Part shown: positions 19,221 through 30,473 of the stretch, piece after piece
Position numbering within the stretch: the first letter of the stretch is position 1
Layout of the letters: each line of letters opens with the position of its first letter
Source of the DNA: Acidobacteriota bacterium
GTDB taxonomy: Bacteria > Acidobacteriota > UBA890 > WLXD01
Direction: 5' to 3'
DNA: 64,000 nt
NCBI GenBank assembly: GCA_965248695.1
Contig: CBDFKD010000002.1
Location: 288,001 to 352,000 of the forward strand
Translations under genes and position numbers: made by a program
Notes under the pieces: generated by a model
The model's input: the letters and a program-made list of their open reading frames with translations, nothing else
Databases searched by the model: none
Told to the model about the DNA's origin: nothing

Positions 19221-20330
19221 CTACAAGCGTCCGAGCACGTCGTCGATGCGAGCCAGCCCGGAAACCAGCTGTTCCGACTCGCCGCCAATGCCGATGCGCA
19301 GGTAGTGGTCCATGCCGAAGCAATCGCCGGCGATGACGAGCAGCCCCTGCTCATCGCGCAGGCGGGTCGCCAGCTCGGTCGAGTTGACATCGAGGTCGTA
19401 GCGTATGAACGCCATGCCGCCCGACCGCGGCGGGACGAACTGGAGCCGCCCTCCGTGCGCATCGACCCACTCCTGGATGATCCCCAGGTTGTGTCGCAAC
19501 AGGCTACGGTTGCGCTCGAATATCTGCTCGCGACGCGGCGACGTCAGCACCATCTGCGCGATTCGATCGCTCATGATTGCCGGCGCAATGGTGGTGTAGT
19601 CGTGACGCGCCCAGGAATCGGCGATCATCTGATGCGGGCCCAGCAGCCAGCCGATGCGCAAACCGGGAAGCGCGTATGCCTTCGACAGCCCTCCGGTGAC
19701 CACGACCTTGTCGTAGGTTCCCCAGAACGTCGGCGTCGCGTCGTCGACAAGCTCGGCGCCGCGATAGATCTCGTCGACGTAGACCCAGGCGCCGACCTCG
19801 GCGGCAAGGTCGGCGATCACCTGCATCACGTCGGCTTCCAGCACCGCCCCGGTCGGATTGTTCGGATTGCAAAGCGCGACCATCTTCGTCCGCGGTGAGA
19901 TCGCCGCACGCAACTCGTCGAGGTCGGGGCCCCACGCAAGCTCTTCGCGCAGATGGAATGGGCGCACGTCGACGCCGAAGGCGTGCGCCACTCCCTGCAA
20001 CTGCAAGTAGTTCGGGACCATCATGGCGAGCTCGTCACCGGGCTCCAGAAGATTCCACGCGGCCACGAAGTTGGCCTCCGCCGAGCCCGTCGTCACCAGC
20101 GCGTTGTCGGCATCGGCGCTCTCGTACAGACCGCTGATGGACTCCCGCAACGGAATCGAACCGTTCGTCTGGCCGTACCCCAGGCGAACACCGACCACCT
20201 CGTCCATCTCTTCAGGCGTCAGCAGCTCCTCGAGAGTGTACGGATGCACCCCGCTCTCGGTGAGGTTGATCTCGACCAGGTTCTCCCAGAGCGACTGAAC
20301 TCTCTCGAGCTCGAACGTCTCGACCTTCAT
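19221..20330 (-). CDS. Aminotransferase class I/II
   Basis: CNPNNPTG, DEIY, GLSKAYALPGLRIGW. Confidence 0.9.
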   Translation of the reverse strand: MKVETFELERVQSLWENLVEINLTESGVHPYTLEELLTPEEMDEVVGVRLGYGQTNGSIPLRESISGLYESADADNALVTTGSAEANFVAAWNLLEPGDELAMMVPNYLQLQGVAHAFGVDVRPFHLREELAWGPDLDELRAAISPRTKMVALCNPNNPTGAVLEADVMQVIADLAAEVGAWVYVDEIYRGAELVDDATPTFWGTYDKVVVTGGLSKAYALPGLRIGWLLGPHQMIADSWARHDYTTIAPAIMSDRIAQMVLTSPRREQIFERNRSLLRHNLGIIQEWVDAHGGRLQFVPPRSGGMAFIRYDLDVNSTELATRLRDEQGLLVIAGDCFGMDHYLRIGIGGESEQLVSGLARIDDVLGRL

Positions 20331-20397
20331 CAGCAAACTCCGTTCAGCAGGCTGCGGCGCGCCGTGTCACTCCCGACGGTTCATCTGTTACAGGCCA

Positions 20398-21945
20398 CTA
20401 CGATCCGAAGGCGTAGAGAGTCTCACGAGTGCGGATGTATATGCGTCCGTCCGCGATCGCAGGCGTCCCGTAGGCCAGATCGTCGAGATCGTTGACGGCC
20501 AACACTTCGAGCACCGGGCCCGGCCGCAGGACCGCCACTTTGCCGAGCTCGCTGACCATGTAGATCTTGCCGTCGGCGGCGACCGGCGAAGCATAGAACT
20601 GGTCGACCGCGCCCGGAATTCTCCCCTGGTCGAGCCGCTCGCCGGTGGACGGATCCAGAATCGTCACGATACCGCCGTCGTTGATCATGTAGAGCAGCCC
20701 CTGGTACAGCAGCGGCGACGGTAGTTGCGGCACCGCCCGACTGTAGATCCACAGGAAGCTCTCGGCGGTCATGTCGCCGCTGCCCCCGAGCCGAATGGCG
20801 AACATGCCGTTGGTCATCGCCATCGAGTTGCGAAAGTAATCCCAGTCGCGCTGATCGAGCGTGCCGTCGCGGTCCAGATCGCTCATACCGAAACGGCGCT
20901 TGGCCCTCCCTTCCGGCAGCTCTTCGGAGGTGAGCCGGCCGTCGGCGTCCGCGTCGCTGACCGTCAGCGCTTGCTCGAACGAGCCCACGTCGATGACGTT
21001 GTCTGGATCGTTGAGCGGCGAGCCGTAGCCGTTGACATAAACGACGCCATCGCCGACAACCGGAACTGACTTCATCTCGTGGATCATGCCGCGCACCCAC
21101 CACCGGCGGTCTCCGGTCTGCACGGAATAGCCGCTGAGCAGAAACGACCCGACCACGATCAGCTGCGGTTCGCCCTGCGGCGACGTCCAGATGATCGGCG
21201 TCGCATGCGAGCTGGCGGCTTCCGGGCGGTCGACCCGCCACAGCTGGCGACCGGTGGCAGCGTCAACCGCCAGCAGGTACGAGTCGGTGCGTTGATCGCA
21301 CACCAGCAGGACCTTGCCATCATGGAGCACCGGGGAAGCGCCCATGCCGTACAGGTTGTCGAACGGCGCCAGCGGCATTCGCCAGAGCTCCTCACCGTCG
21401 AGGTCGTACGCTAGCAAGCCAAAGTCGGCAAAGAACACCACCACGCGCTCGCCATCGGTCGCCGGGCTCGGCGCGGCCGGGTTGTTGCGCGTATCCAGGG
21501 TCTCGGCGCGCGGCCTCGGAGCCTGCCGCCGCCAAAGCACCTCACCGGTGGCTCGATCGACGGCCAACGTGAACAGCTGCCCTTGCTCGAACGCGGTCAC
21601 GAAGACGCGATCCGCCGACAGCACCGGCGACGAGTGGCCGGGTGGCAACGGCGTCTTCCAGACGACATGGTGCTCGCCGTCGAAGCGCAGCGGCAGCGGC
21701 GTCGTCTCGGCGACGCCCGAGCCGTTGGGACCGCGGAAGCGCGACCACGACCCGGCCCCGGAGTGCTCCACGGCGGGAGCTGGCGCGGCTTGCCCGCAAC
21801 GGCCGCTTGCTGACGGTGCCCACGACAAGAGCACCGACGCCAGCACCGAGATGCAAGCGACCCGCGCACCGGAAGGCAGTATCCCGCCCCACCAGCGGCC
21901 GACCCGCAAGAACCGCGACAGCGGTCTGCTCAGACTACTCGGCAC
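20398..21945 (-). CDS. PQQ-binding-like beta-propeller protein (start uncertain)
   Basis: WSRFRGPNGSG, repeated SPV/LW motifs, EF-hand-like insert. Confidence 0.82.
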   Translation of the reverse strand: MPSSLSRPLSRFLRVGRWWGGILPSGARVACISVLASVLLSWAPSASGRCGQAAPAPAVEHSGAGSWSRFRGPNGSGVAETTPLPLRFDGEHHVVWKTPLPPGHSSPVLSADRVFVTAFEQGQLFTLAVDRATGEVLWRRQAPRPRAETLDTRNNPAAPSPATDGERVVVFFADFGLLAYDLDGEELWRMPLAPFDNLYGMGASPVLHDGKVLLVCDQRTDSYLLAVDAATGRQLWRVDRPEAASSHATPIIWTSPQGEPQLIVVGSFLLSGYSVQTGDRRWWVRGMIHEMKSVPVVGDGVVYVNGYGSPLNDPDNVIDVGSFEQALTVSDADADGRLTSEELPEGRAKRRFGMSDLDRDGTLDQRDWDYFRNSMAMTNGMFAIRLGGSGDMTAESFLWIYSRAVPQLPSPLLYQGLLYMINDGGIVTILDPSTGERLDQGRIPGAVDQFYASPVAADGKIYMVSELGKVAVLRPGPVLEVLAVNDLDDLAYGTPAIADGRIYIRTRETLYAFGS

Positions 21946-24900
21946 CCGTCACCAGCGGCCCGAGTCCACTCTCGCGCAACAGCCGGTTGAACTCCTCGAC
22001 GTCCAGACCAACCACCCCCGCCAGCTCCTCGCTGAGGTCGAGCATCCGGTCCTCGAGCACCCGCTGCACCTCGTGCGCCTGGTCGGTCGGCGGAAAGTCG
22101 ACGGTCGACACCGCGCCGATCAGGTACTGCAGATGCCCGAACAGGCGCGTCGGCCAGCGAACCCGATCCTGACCCGTATAGCTCAACCGCGTCTGGTAGA
22201 GGTCCTCCTCGACCGCAAGCAGCGCGGCGCAGCCATTCGATCCGGTTGATCATCCCTACGGTAGTTTCAAGGGCGTCGTACAGCTCCACGACCATTCCGG
22301 TCTGCGCCGCGATGTCGGCCGCGGTGCCTTCAGAATTGGGATCCTTCAGCACTTCCAGGGAGTGCTCGGATGTCTGTCCGGCGGCCTCGAGCGTCAGCGT
22401 GTAGCGGCCGGGTGGCTGGAGCATGCCGGGCCGGCTGTTCACCTCGCGAACGCGGTCGGCACCCAGGTCGAACCACTCGACGGTCACCGGTCGTGTGCGT
22501 AGCCGCAGCGGCGTGGCCGCTTCGCCGCGCAGATTCCACCAGACGCGGTTGATCCCGGCGGTCGTGGTGCCATCGAGCTGTCGCACGATCTCTCCCGCGG
22601 CGTTGGTGATGCGGACCGTCACCGGCCCTTCCGGCTCCACGCCTAGCCAGTAGCTGATCGACGCGCCGCGGGGGGGATTCTCACCGGTCGCAGGATCGCC
22701 GGCGGTGGTCGCCGGGGAGGTGATGTTGTGGAAGCGATACGCCTGCCGAGGCTCGAACAGGTGCGCCGCCGGCCCACCCGCGGTCCCACCCTGGACGGCA
22801 GCCACCATCGCCGGTGTGAGCTGCTGCAGCGGCGACAGATCGTCCATGATCCAGAAGCCGCGCCCTTAGGTACCGACCACCAGATCGTTGAAATGCTCCT
22901 GGATGACGATGCCGTATACCGGCGACGCGGGCAGATCGGTCATCAGCGACTGCCAGCTGTCGCCGTCGTCGAAGCTGACGTACAGCGCATTCTCGGTACC
23001 CAGGTACAGCAGCCCCGGACGCACCGGGTCCTCCTCGATGTGGCGCGCGTAGCTCAGGACACCGGCGGCGATGCCGTCGGTGATCTTCTCCCAGCTGCGG
23101 CCGAAGTCATCGGTGCGATAAACATAGGGAGCAAAATCGCCGACCTGGTGATGCTCGATCGCCACGTAGGCCTTGCCGGCGTTCCACTTCGACGCTTCGA
23201 CGGCGCGCACGACACCGTCCGCCGGCAGGCCGGGGATGTTCCCCGTGACGTTGTCCCACGACCCGCCGCCGTCGCGGCTCACCTGCACCAGGCCATCGTT
23301 GGTGCCGGCCCACAGCACCCCCTGTTGCGCCGGCGACTCGTCGAACGCGTAGATGACGCAGCAGTACTCCACACCGATGTTGTCGGGCGTCAGGCCGCCG
23401 GAAATTCCCTGCTTGGTCTTGTCATTGGTGGACAGATCCGGGCTGATCACGTCCCAGCTCTGACCGCCGTTGCGGGTGCGATGAACGTGCTGGCTGGTGA
23501 CGTAGATCGTGTCGCTGTCGTGCGGTGAGATGAGCAGCGGAAACGTCCACTGGAACCGGTACTTGAGATCCGCGGCGGGCCAACCGCCAGTGCTCTCGGG
23601 CCATACCTCCACCTGACGGAACTGACGCGTGCTCTCGCGATAGCGCACGACGATTCCGCCACGCGCACCGGCCCCGGAAGCGCTCGACCAGATGACGTCC
23701 GGGTCCTCCGGATCGGGAGTGGCGAAACCGCTCTCACCACCGCCAATGCTGTGCCACATGCCCCTGGGTATGGAGCCACCGCCGAACCCGCCGGTGCGGC
23801 TGTTGCTTGGGCCTCGGTACGACGGTCCGTCCTGGCGATTGCCGTAGACGTAGTACGGCACGTTGTTGTCGGCGGTGACGTGGTACATCTGCGCGATCGG
23901 CAGCTGGATGCGCAACCAGCTGCGACCGCGGTTGGTGGAGATGGCGACGCCCGGATCGTTGCCGACGATCATGCGATCGGGGTCGCCCGGGTCGATCCAC
24001 ATATCGTGATTGTCTCCACCCGGCCGTGCCATCGCGGCGTCGGCAGAGCCGGCAGAGGAGTACGTGCGCCCGCCGTCGAGCGTGTACAGGAACGGCGCCG
24101 CCAGGAAGTAGGCCTCGTCAGCATCTTCCGGCGACACGTGGCAAACGGTGTAATAGGCGCTGCGCCCCGCCAGGTCGCGGCTGTGGTTGACCATCTCCCA
24201 CTCGCGCCCGCCGTCTTCGGAGCGCCACAGCTCACCGCTGTCGGTCTCCTCTCCGTGCCAGGGGACCCCGTCGCCGGTCTCGATCAGCGCATAGACACGA
24301 CGGCTGTCGGCCGCCGTCATGCAGACGTCGATCTTGCCCACCGCTCGGGTCGGTAGCCCGTGCCCCTCGAGCTTCGTCCAGGTGTCGCCGCCATCACGGC
24401 TAGCGAAGATCCCACTGCCGGGTCCACCGCTCTCGCGGTTCCACGTGTTGATCGACACCTGCCACATCCCGGCGAACAGAATGCGCGGGTTGCTCGGGTC
24501 CATCTCCAGATCCGAGGCACCGGTGTTCTCATCGACGAACAGCACCTGTTCCCAGCTCGAGCCACCGTCGGTGGTGCGGAAGATGCCGCGCTCCGCCTGC
24601 GGGCTGTGCCCATGCCCGAGCGAGGCGACGTAGACAGTGTCCGCATCACGCGGGTGGATCAGCACGTCGGAGATCCGTCCGGTCGCCTCCAACCCCATGT
24701 GCACCCAGCTGTCGCCACCGTCGGTGGATTTCCACACGCCGTTGCCTACCGACACGTTGGATCGAATGTGAGGCTCGCCAGTGCCGGCCCAGATGATTTG
24801 TGGATCGCTCGCCGCGACCGCCAACGACCCGATCGCGTGCACCGGCTGGTCGTCGAAGATCGGCCGCCACGTGAGGCCGCCGTCCTCGGTCTTCCAGATG

Positions 24901-25139
24901 CCGCCGGACGCGGCGCCAACGTAGTACGTGTGCGGGTCGCCGGTAACCCCGGCAACAGCGGCGATGCGGTTCCCGATCGGGCCGATGTGGCGGAAGTGCA
25001 ACGGCTGTAGCGCGGAAGGTGCATCCATCTGCGCTGCGGCGGTGGCTGGTGCCAGCGCAACAAGGCAACCGCCGAGAAGCACCAGCCGGAGTAGAGCCGT
25101 GCGGTGGACGCAAGGACGAGCAGACGGTCTTTTCATCAT
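21935..25139 (-). pseudogene. BNR/Asp-box (VPS10/sialidase-like) protein, disrupted
   Basis: Many SxDGGxTW repeats; TAA at 22866-22868 in GT*GRGFW; frameshifting deletion near 22225. Confidence 0.85.
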
Positions 25140-25257
25140 GGCGACTCCTGATCGCGATGGGCGCGAACGTCAGGTTGGCGACTCGACGGGCAACAGACTA
25201 GTCTTCCGGCGGACGCCCTGCACCGGCCCACGCCGGATCGAACCCGCCGCCTGGCCC

Positions 25258-26403
25258 ATGTCAGCAGATCCTCTTCCGACCGACCATTTCCGCCGTCCGG
25301 ACGGCTGCACCTACCTGAACACCGCGTCCGTGGCGTTGATGCCGCGCGTTGCCGAAGAGGCAATCGTCGATTGGCAGCGCGACGTGGCACGCAACGGCAC
25401 GGTCAACCTCAGCGAGATCGTCGAGGAAACGATCTTTGACGATCTGCACGGGTCCGCGGCGCGCATGTTCGGTGCATCCAGCGACGACGTCGCGGTGGCG
25501 GCGAGCTTCAGTGAGCTCCTAGGCTCCCTCGCCTGGGCCCTGATGCCTCCGGCCGGCAGCAACGTCGTCGGCACCGACGTCGGCTTCCCGAGCACGCTCT
25601 ACCCGTGGGTACGCGTGGCTCGTACGACGGGATGCGAGATTCGCCTGGCCCCGAGCCGCGACATGCGCGTGGACCCCGACGAGCTGGCGGATCAGATCGA
25701 CCCCAACACCGCGGTGGTCTGCATCTCCCATGTCGAGTTCGGCAGCGGCCAGCGCTACGACCTGCGGCGACTTGCCGACACCGCCCACGCCCACGGCGCG
25801 CTGCTCGTCGTCGACGGCACCCAGTCGGCGGGCGCCATTCCGATCGACGTTCGCCGAGATGGCGTCGACGTGCTGATCAGCGGCGGCTACAAGTGGCTCT
25901 GCGGACCGTTCGGCGCCGCCGTGATGGTGTTGGCGCCACACCTCCACACACGCTTCGACCCGGGCCTGGTCGGCTTTCGAAGCCATCAACGGCTCTGGGA
26001 TCTGGCGCCGGTGCGCATGGACCTGCCGGACACAGCGCGGCGCTTCGAATACGGCACGATGGGATACGGCAATGCGATCGGCCTTGCCCGAGCGCTAGAG
26101 GCGCTGCTGGATGTCGGGGTGGATCGAATCGCGACGCACAACCTCGCACTGGCAACACGCTTGATCGACGGCCTGGAAGCGCGCGGTGCGGAGATTCTGT
26201 CGCCTCGAGCCACCGAGGAACGGTCATCGATCGTTTCAATGCGGGTGCCAGGGACCGACGCACCCAAGATCGCGAAACACCTGAACGACAACGGCGTGAT
26301 CGTGTCGGGCCGCAACGACTTCGTGCGCTTCTCGCCGCACCTGTACAACACCGTCGAGGACATCGAGCGGGCTCTCGACGAGCTCGATCGTGGCCTGAGC
26401 TAG
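25258..26403 (+). CDS. Aminotransferase class V (cysteine desulfurase/Sec lyase-like fold)
   Basis: YLNTAS, DGTQSAG, GYKWLCGP, RFSPHLYNT. Confidence 0.88.
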   Translation: MSADPLPTDHFRRPDGCTYLNTASVALMPRVAEEAIVDWQRDVARNGTVNLSEIVEETIFDDLHGSAARMFGASSDDVAVAASFSELLGSLAWALMPPAGSNVVGTDVGFPSTLYPWVRVARTTGCEIRLAPSRDMRVDPDELADQIDPNTAVVCISHVEFGSGQRYDLRRLADTAHAHGALLVVDGTQSAGAIPIDVRRDGVDVLISGGYKWLCGPFGAAVMVLAPHLHTRFDPGLVGFRSHQRLWDLAPVRMDLPDTARRFEYGTMGYGNAIGLARALEALLDVGVDRIATHNLALATRLIDGLEARGAEILSPRATEERSSIVSMRVPGTDAPKIAKHLNDNGVIVSGRNDFVRFSPHLYNTVEDIERALDELDRGLS

Positions 26404-26419
26404 ACGCTGGGGCGGGGCC

Positions 26420-27160
26420 TCAGCCCGACCCAGCAGACCACAGCATCAGCGCCCCGAAGGCGACCATCGCGATACCGGCGATGCGGCCGCCAACATCGCC
26501 ACGCGGGCCGATCGTCTCGAACAGCACGAACGCCGTGATCATCGCGATCCACAGCAGGTTCATGACGCTGCCCACGAACAGCAGCATCATCAGCAACCAG
26601 CAACAGCCCAGACAGAAGATGCCGTGCTCGGCGCCCATGCGAATGGCGCCGGCTGCGCCCGCACGCCAGTGCTCGGCGATGAAGTGTACCGGCGATCGGC
26701 AATGGCGCAGGCAAGCCTGCTTGAGTGGCGTCATTTGATAGAGGCCCGCACCGATCAGCAGCCCGGCGCCGAGCTTCGAGCTATGGAGGACCATCATTGG
26801 CGACAGCAAGGCGACACGGCTCAGCTGCCATTGAAGCAACGTCGCGAGGACACTGAAAGCACACCAAACCACCACGTATCCGCCCACGAAGGCGGCCGTC
26901 GGCGCCAGGATGCTTCCCTGGCTCGCTGCCTTGCGCACCACGGACGCGTAGATCATCGCCATGGGAGTGGCCGTCGGGATCATCATCCCGACCATCATCA
27001 CCGACCACATCATCAACATGAGGCCGAAGTCCGTTGCGCTCCAGTAGCGCAACGCGACCATCCGCCCCAGGCCGGCAGTGCCGGCCGGGTCCATGCTGAC
27101 GGCGCCGACTACCAGGTACGCCCAGGCCAGGGCGGTGACGCCGGCGAGCGACGCCAGCAC
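26420..27160 (-). CDS. DUF2182 metal-binding integral membrane protein (start may be ~27184)
   Basis: MMVGMMIP, YQMTPLKQACLRHC, CLGCCW. Confidence 0.87.
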   Translation of the reverse strand: MLASLAGVTALAWAYLVVGAVSMDPAGTAGLGRMVALRYWSATDFGLMLMMWSVMMVGMMIPTATPMAMIYASVVRKAASQGSILAPTAAFVGGYVVVWCAFSVLATLLQWQLSRVALLSPMMVLHSSKLGAGLLIGAGLYQMTPLKQACLRHCRSPVHFIAEHWRAGAAGAIRMGAEHGIFCLGCCWLLMMLLFVGSVMNLLWIAMITAFVLFETIGPRGDVGGRIAGIAMVAFGALMLWSAGSG

Positions 27161-27180
27161 CGCGATACGATCGCGTCGGT

Positions 27181-27813
27181 TCAGCGAATCACCCCGTCCT
27201 GATTCATGTGCAGGACGTTGAACTGGGCGTACGAGCCGTCGAGGTCGAGCTCGATCGCGCCGGTCACCCTGGAGCGACCGCTACCCATCTCGGCATAGGT
27301 GTACTCAAAGCCGTTCGGCAAGTGAATCCGCGAACGTGACTCCTCACCTGAAAAGGCGTCGGTGATCGGCGTGCCGGCGGATTCGATCAGACCCGGCACG
27401 CGTGCGGTGGCACGGCGAGCATCGACATCAATCGACAACTCGATCGGTGCCGATAGCGTCTCGAGCACCTCCGACATGGTGCTGTTGTAGACGAAGAAGT
27501 GCGTCGCACCGGGGGTGGTGCACTCGCCGTGGAGGATCTTGCGCAGTGCTTCGTGCTGCTCGGGTGTGGCGCTCTCGTCGATGACAACCTGCTGCCGACC
27601 GTTGCCTTCGGCGATCTCTCCAGGCCACCAAACCATCATCGCCCAGTCGAGCCCGTCGAGACGGGTGTCATTGAAGTACCCCTCTTCGATGTGGCCGTGC
27701 ACGACGGCCTCGCAGTTGCCGTGCGTAGTGGGGGCGCCGAACTGGCAGGGACAACCCCAGTCGCAGTTACAGTTCCCGTATTCCGCCCCTCGCAACATCC
27801 ACCGATCTTCCAT
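27181..27813 (-). CDS. DUF1326 family protein
   Basis: NCNCDWGCPC...PT.G.C; precedes DUF2182. Confidence 0.87.
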   Translation of the reverse strand: MEDRWMLRGAEYGNCNCDWGCPCQFGAPTTHGNCEAVVHGHIEEGYFNDTRLDGLDWAMMVWWPGEIAEGNGRQQVVIDESATPEQHEALRKILHGECTTPGATHFFVYNSTMSEVLETLSAPIELSIDVDARRATARVPGLIESAGTPITDAFSGEESRSRIHLPNGFEYTYAEMGSGRSRVTGAIELDLDGSYAQFNVLHMNQDGVIR

Positions 27814-28973
27814 CACCTTTCTCCCCACCAGCCACTGGCCGTTTGGCGGGCGCCGAAGCCCAGCCAAGTGTCGAGCCTCAACAATAGCCATCGCAACGGA
27901 GTGGACGCCAGCCGACGCCACAGCCCGAACGCTCTCGGTGACCAACTCTTGTTGTAGGGGCAGACGCGGATACAGATGGAGCAATCGCTGTTCTGCCGGG
28001 TCCAGAAGCTGAAGCACTTCTCGGCGTCGACGGTCCACTTGCGCACCCCTACGAGATTGGACCGGTTGTAAACGCGCGCGCTGGGAGCGTCGTCGGGAAT
28101 CGCTTGCACCGGGCAGGCATCAGAGCATCGCCGGCACGCCTCGCAGAACTCCTTCACGCCGAAGCTCACCGGCTGATCCACGAGCAGCGGGAGATCGGTG
28201 AATATCTTGCCGAACCGCACCCGTGGCCCGAATTCCTTGGTGATCACCATGCCGTGGCGCCCGTACTCGCCCAGACCGGCCTGGATCGCCAGCGGAATCG
28301 ATAACGCCGTGTCGTTGAGGTTGGGTACCGCCTCGTAGCCGAGGTTGCGGATGTACTGACTCAGCGCCAGCAGCGTCAGGGTGTCCTCGGAGTAGCCCCA
28401 CCCGGTCGCCGTGCCGCTCAGCGCCGACGGCACCGTGTCGATGAGCCCGTGGTCCATCTCCTTGGCGATGACGTGGGTCAGCCCCTCCGGCATGACGTTG
28501 GGCTTCTCATGCTCCAGCCGACGACTGTACTTGTGGGTGTACACCCAGCGCTCGTCGTAGGCGGTGACGCCGATCAGGTCGGCGCCGAACAGCTTACCGA
28601 CGCGCTTGATCTCCGAGCTCGCCGCCGCCGGCGAATCGAACGGGACCTGCTGGTCCGGGGCATCGCGTAGCACAGTGAGCTCGTCGAGGTAGCCTTCACG
28701 CCGGTCCTCGTCTTCCTTGAGCTCGGCAAACACGTCGGTGACATGCCAGGAGGCATTGCGCAGCGCGTAGTCGCGCTGCGTGAACCCGTCGACCTTGCGC
28801 CAGTTGGCGAGCGGCTTGCGATAGGTGTCGTAGAACAGGTCGCTGCGATCGGAGCGCACCGCCGGATCCCAGAACGAGCGACAGAACACATCGTCGCGCT
28901 GGCTGAAGCGTTCGAACTGCGGAAGCACCTCGAACGGCTCACGGTCGTCGCCGCCGCCGGCCGGCGCGCTCAC
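27813..28973 (-). CDS. Reductive dehalogenase-like cobalamin/2x[4Fe-4S] protein
   Basis: FGADLIG, AGLGEYGRHG..IT.EFGPRVR, TDLPL, CEACRRCSDACP, CSICIRVCP; no TAT signal. Confidence 0.8.
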   Translation of the reverse strand: MSAPAGGGDDREPFEVLPQFERFSQRDDVFCRSFWDPAVRSDRSDLFYDTYRKPLANWRKVDGFTQRDYALRNASWHVTDVFAELKEDEDRREGYLDELTVLRDAPDQQVPFDSPAAASSEIKRVGKLFGADLIGVTAYDERWVYTHKYSRRLEHEKPNVMPEGLTHVIAKEMDHGLIDTVPSALSGTATGWGYSEDTLTLLALSQYIRNLGYEAVPNLNDTALSIPLAIQAGLGEYGRHGMVITKEFGPRVRFGKIFTDLPLLVDQPVSFGVKEFCEACRRCSDACPVQAIPDDAPSARVYNRSNLVGVRKWTVDAEKCFSFWTRQNSDCSICIRVCPYNKSWSPRAFGLWRRLASTPLRWLLLRLDTWLGFGARQTASGWWGER

Positions 28974-29701
28974 TGCGCCGTCGCTAGTTGCGCCTCGACG
29001 GCCTCCAGGAGCATGCGAACGATCTCCGCGTCGCCGCTGTCGGACGGCTCGAGCTCCAGGAACACCTCGAACGCTGCCGCTGCGGAGGAAAGATCGCGCG
29101 CCTGGACGTGCGCCAGGCCTACCTGCTTGTGCACCACCGCCAGCCCCGGATCGATTGCCAAAGCCTGGGAGAAGGTCGCCAGCGCCAGGTCGTTGCGCTG
29201 CTCCTTCAGGTAAATATCCCCGACACCCACGAGAACGGTAGCGTCACCCGGATGCCGCGCCAGCAGTTCCGCGAACAGCCGGTCGGCGGCGTCATCGCTC
29301 CCGGCGCGCAGGTACGTCCGCGCCAGCGTTAAGCTCACTCCGACGTTGGGGTCGGCGCCGAGGTAGCGCTTCAGGGCCGCTACCTCAGCGGCGTCATTGC
29401 CCAGTGCCCGGTGGGACTCGGCGAGCCGCAGCAGCACGATGTTGGCGGTCGGATTCGCCTCTAGTAGCTTCTGCCACTGCTCCAGCGCCGCCTCGTGGTC
29501 GCGCGCTTTGACTGCGATCAGGCCGGCCTGGTATTCCTCCGTTTCTACGACATCCTCGACCTCGCCGGTCGTCCCACCCGGCTCCTGCGACGGCGCGGCG
29601 CTCAGCTGACCGGCTGTCAGCGTCAACAGGGCCAGCGCGAAGCGAAAACAGTCGCGGAGCTGGGGTCGGCGCGAATCGCCCGCTGGTCGCCTCAAAGCCA
29701 C
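28970..29701 (-). CDS. Secreted tetratricopeptide-repeat protein
   Basis: TPR-like helices (ALAIDP, FLELEP); signal-like N-terminus. Confidence 0.75.
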   Translation of the reverse strand: MALRRPAGDSRRPQLRDCFRFALALLTLTAGQLSAAPSQEPGGTTGEVEDVVETEEYQAGLIAVKARDHEAALEQWQKLLEANPTANIVLLRLAESHRALGNDAAEVAALKRYLGADPNVGVSLTLARTYLRAGSDDAADRLFAELLARHPGDATVLVGVGDIYLKEQRNDLALATFSQALAIDPGLAVVHKQVGLAHVQARDLSSAAAAFEVFLELEPSDSGDAEIVRMLLEAVEAQLATAQ

Positions 29702-29776
29702 CTCAACGCCTCCACCGTAGGTCGGCAGGATTCCTCCCCGGGACGGGACGGTGAGTATAGTCCGAAGCTGCGGCGA

Positions 29777-30175
29777 TCAGCCCGCAGTCCACAGCCGCAA
29801 CGAGGTGTGGCGAGCGATGTGTTCGAAGTCCGCGTCGGGACTCAGGAGCTCGGCGTCTAGATCTAGACAAATCTGGGCGATCACACAGTCGACCGCCCCT
29901 CGCACCGTGACTCCGAGGCTTCGGAGCGAGCGGAACAGCCGGGCGGCCCGCACGTAGCAGTCCAAGTCCGGCTGGATCATAGGGAGCCGCAGGAGGACGT
30001 CGCAAGCGCGCCTGAATCCGCTCTCGGTTCGGAACCCCTGAAGTACCTCGGTGATGATGATCGGGGTTGCGCCCAGGTCCTCCTCACCCTTCAAAGCGTC
30101 GCCAAGCCGACGCGTGTGCGGAGTGAGCACGCCATTGAAGAAATCCGCCCAGGTATTCGAGTCGACGAGTGTCAC
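29777..30175 (-). CDS. vapC: VapC PIN-domain toxin
   Basis: LVDSNTW, EVLQG, DCVIA, DADF. Confidence 0.88.
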   Translation of the reverse strand: MTLVDSNTWADFFNGVLTPHTRRLGDALKGEEDLGATPIIITEVLQGFRTESGFRRACDVLLRLPMIQPDLDCYVRAARLFRSLRSLGVTVRGAVDCVIAQICLDLDAELLSPDADFEHIARHTSLRLWTAG

Positions 30176-30384
30176 CGACCCACCGTACGATCAGCTCGCC
30201 AGGCGACCACGTCGCCCTGCCATTCGAACTTGCCCTCTAGCCGACGGATAGCGCGATACAGACTGCCTTTCTCAACCAGGCGGCGCAGCGCGATTTCCAC
30301 CACCTCGCGCTTCGTACGTGCCCCCGTGAGTCGCATCGCCTGTTCGACAAGCTCGTCGTCGAGGAAGATGTTCGTACGTCCCAT
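30172..30384 (-). CDS. vapB: VapB antitoxin
   Basis: [11 protein letters not shown]...TKREVV; GTGA overlap. Confidence 0.88.
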   Translation of the reverse strand: MGRTNIFLDDELVEQAMRLTGARTKREVVEIALRRLVEKGSLYRAIRRLEGKFEWQGDVVAWRADRTVGR

Positions 30385-30410
30385 TCTGTTGTCCTCCATC
30401 TGTCGACTTG

Positions 30411-30439
30411 ATACACCATTCTAAGTCAAGATGGTGTAT
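30411..30439. promoter_or_regulatory. Candidate vapBC operator
   Basis: ATACACCAT-N11-ATGGTGTAT. Confidence 0.6.
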
Positions 30440-30473
30440 ACGGGGCCGATCACACCACCGGAGACATGAGACG

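Noticed and set aside
22866-22868. Selenocysteine/pyrrolysine read-through in the BNR gene
   Set aside because: The codon is TAA, at a position where Tyr/His is expected, and the gene has a second lesion
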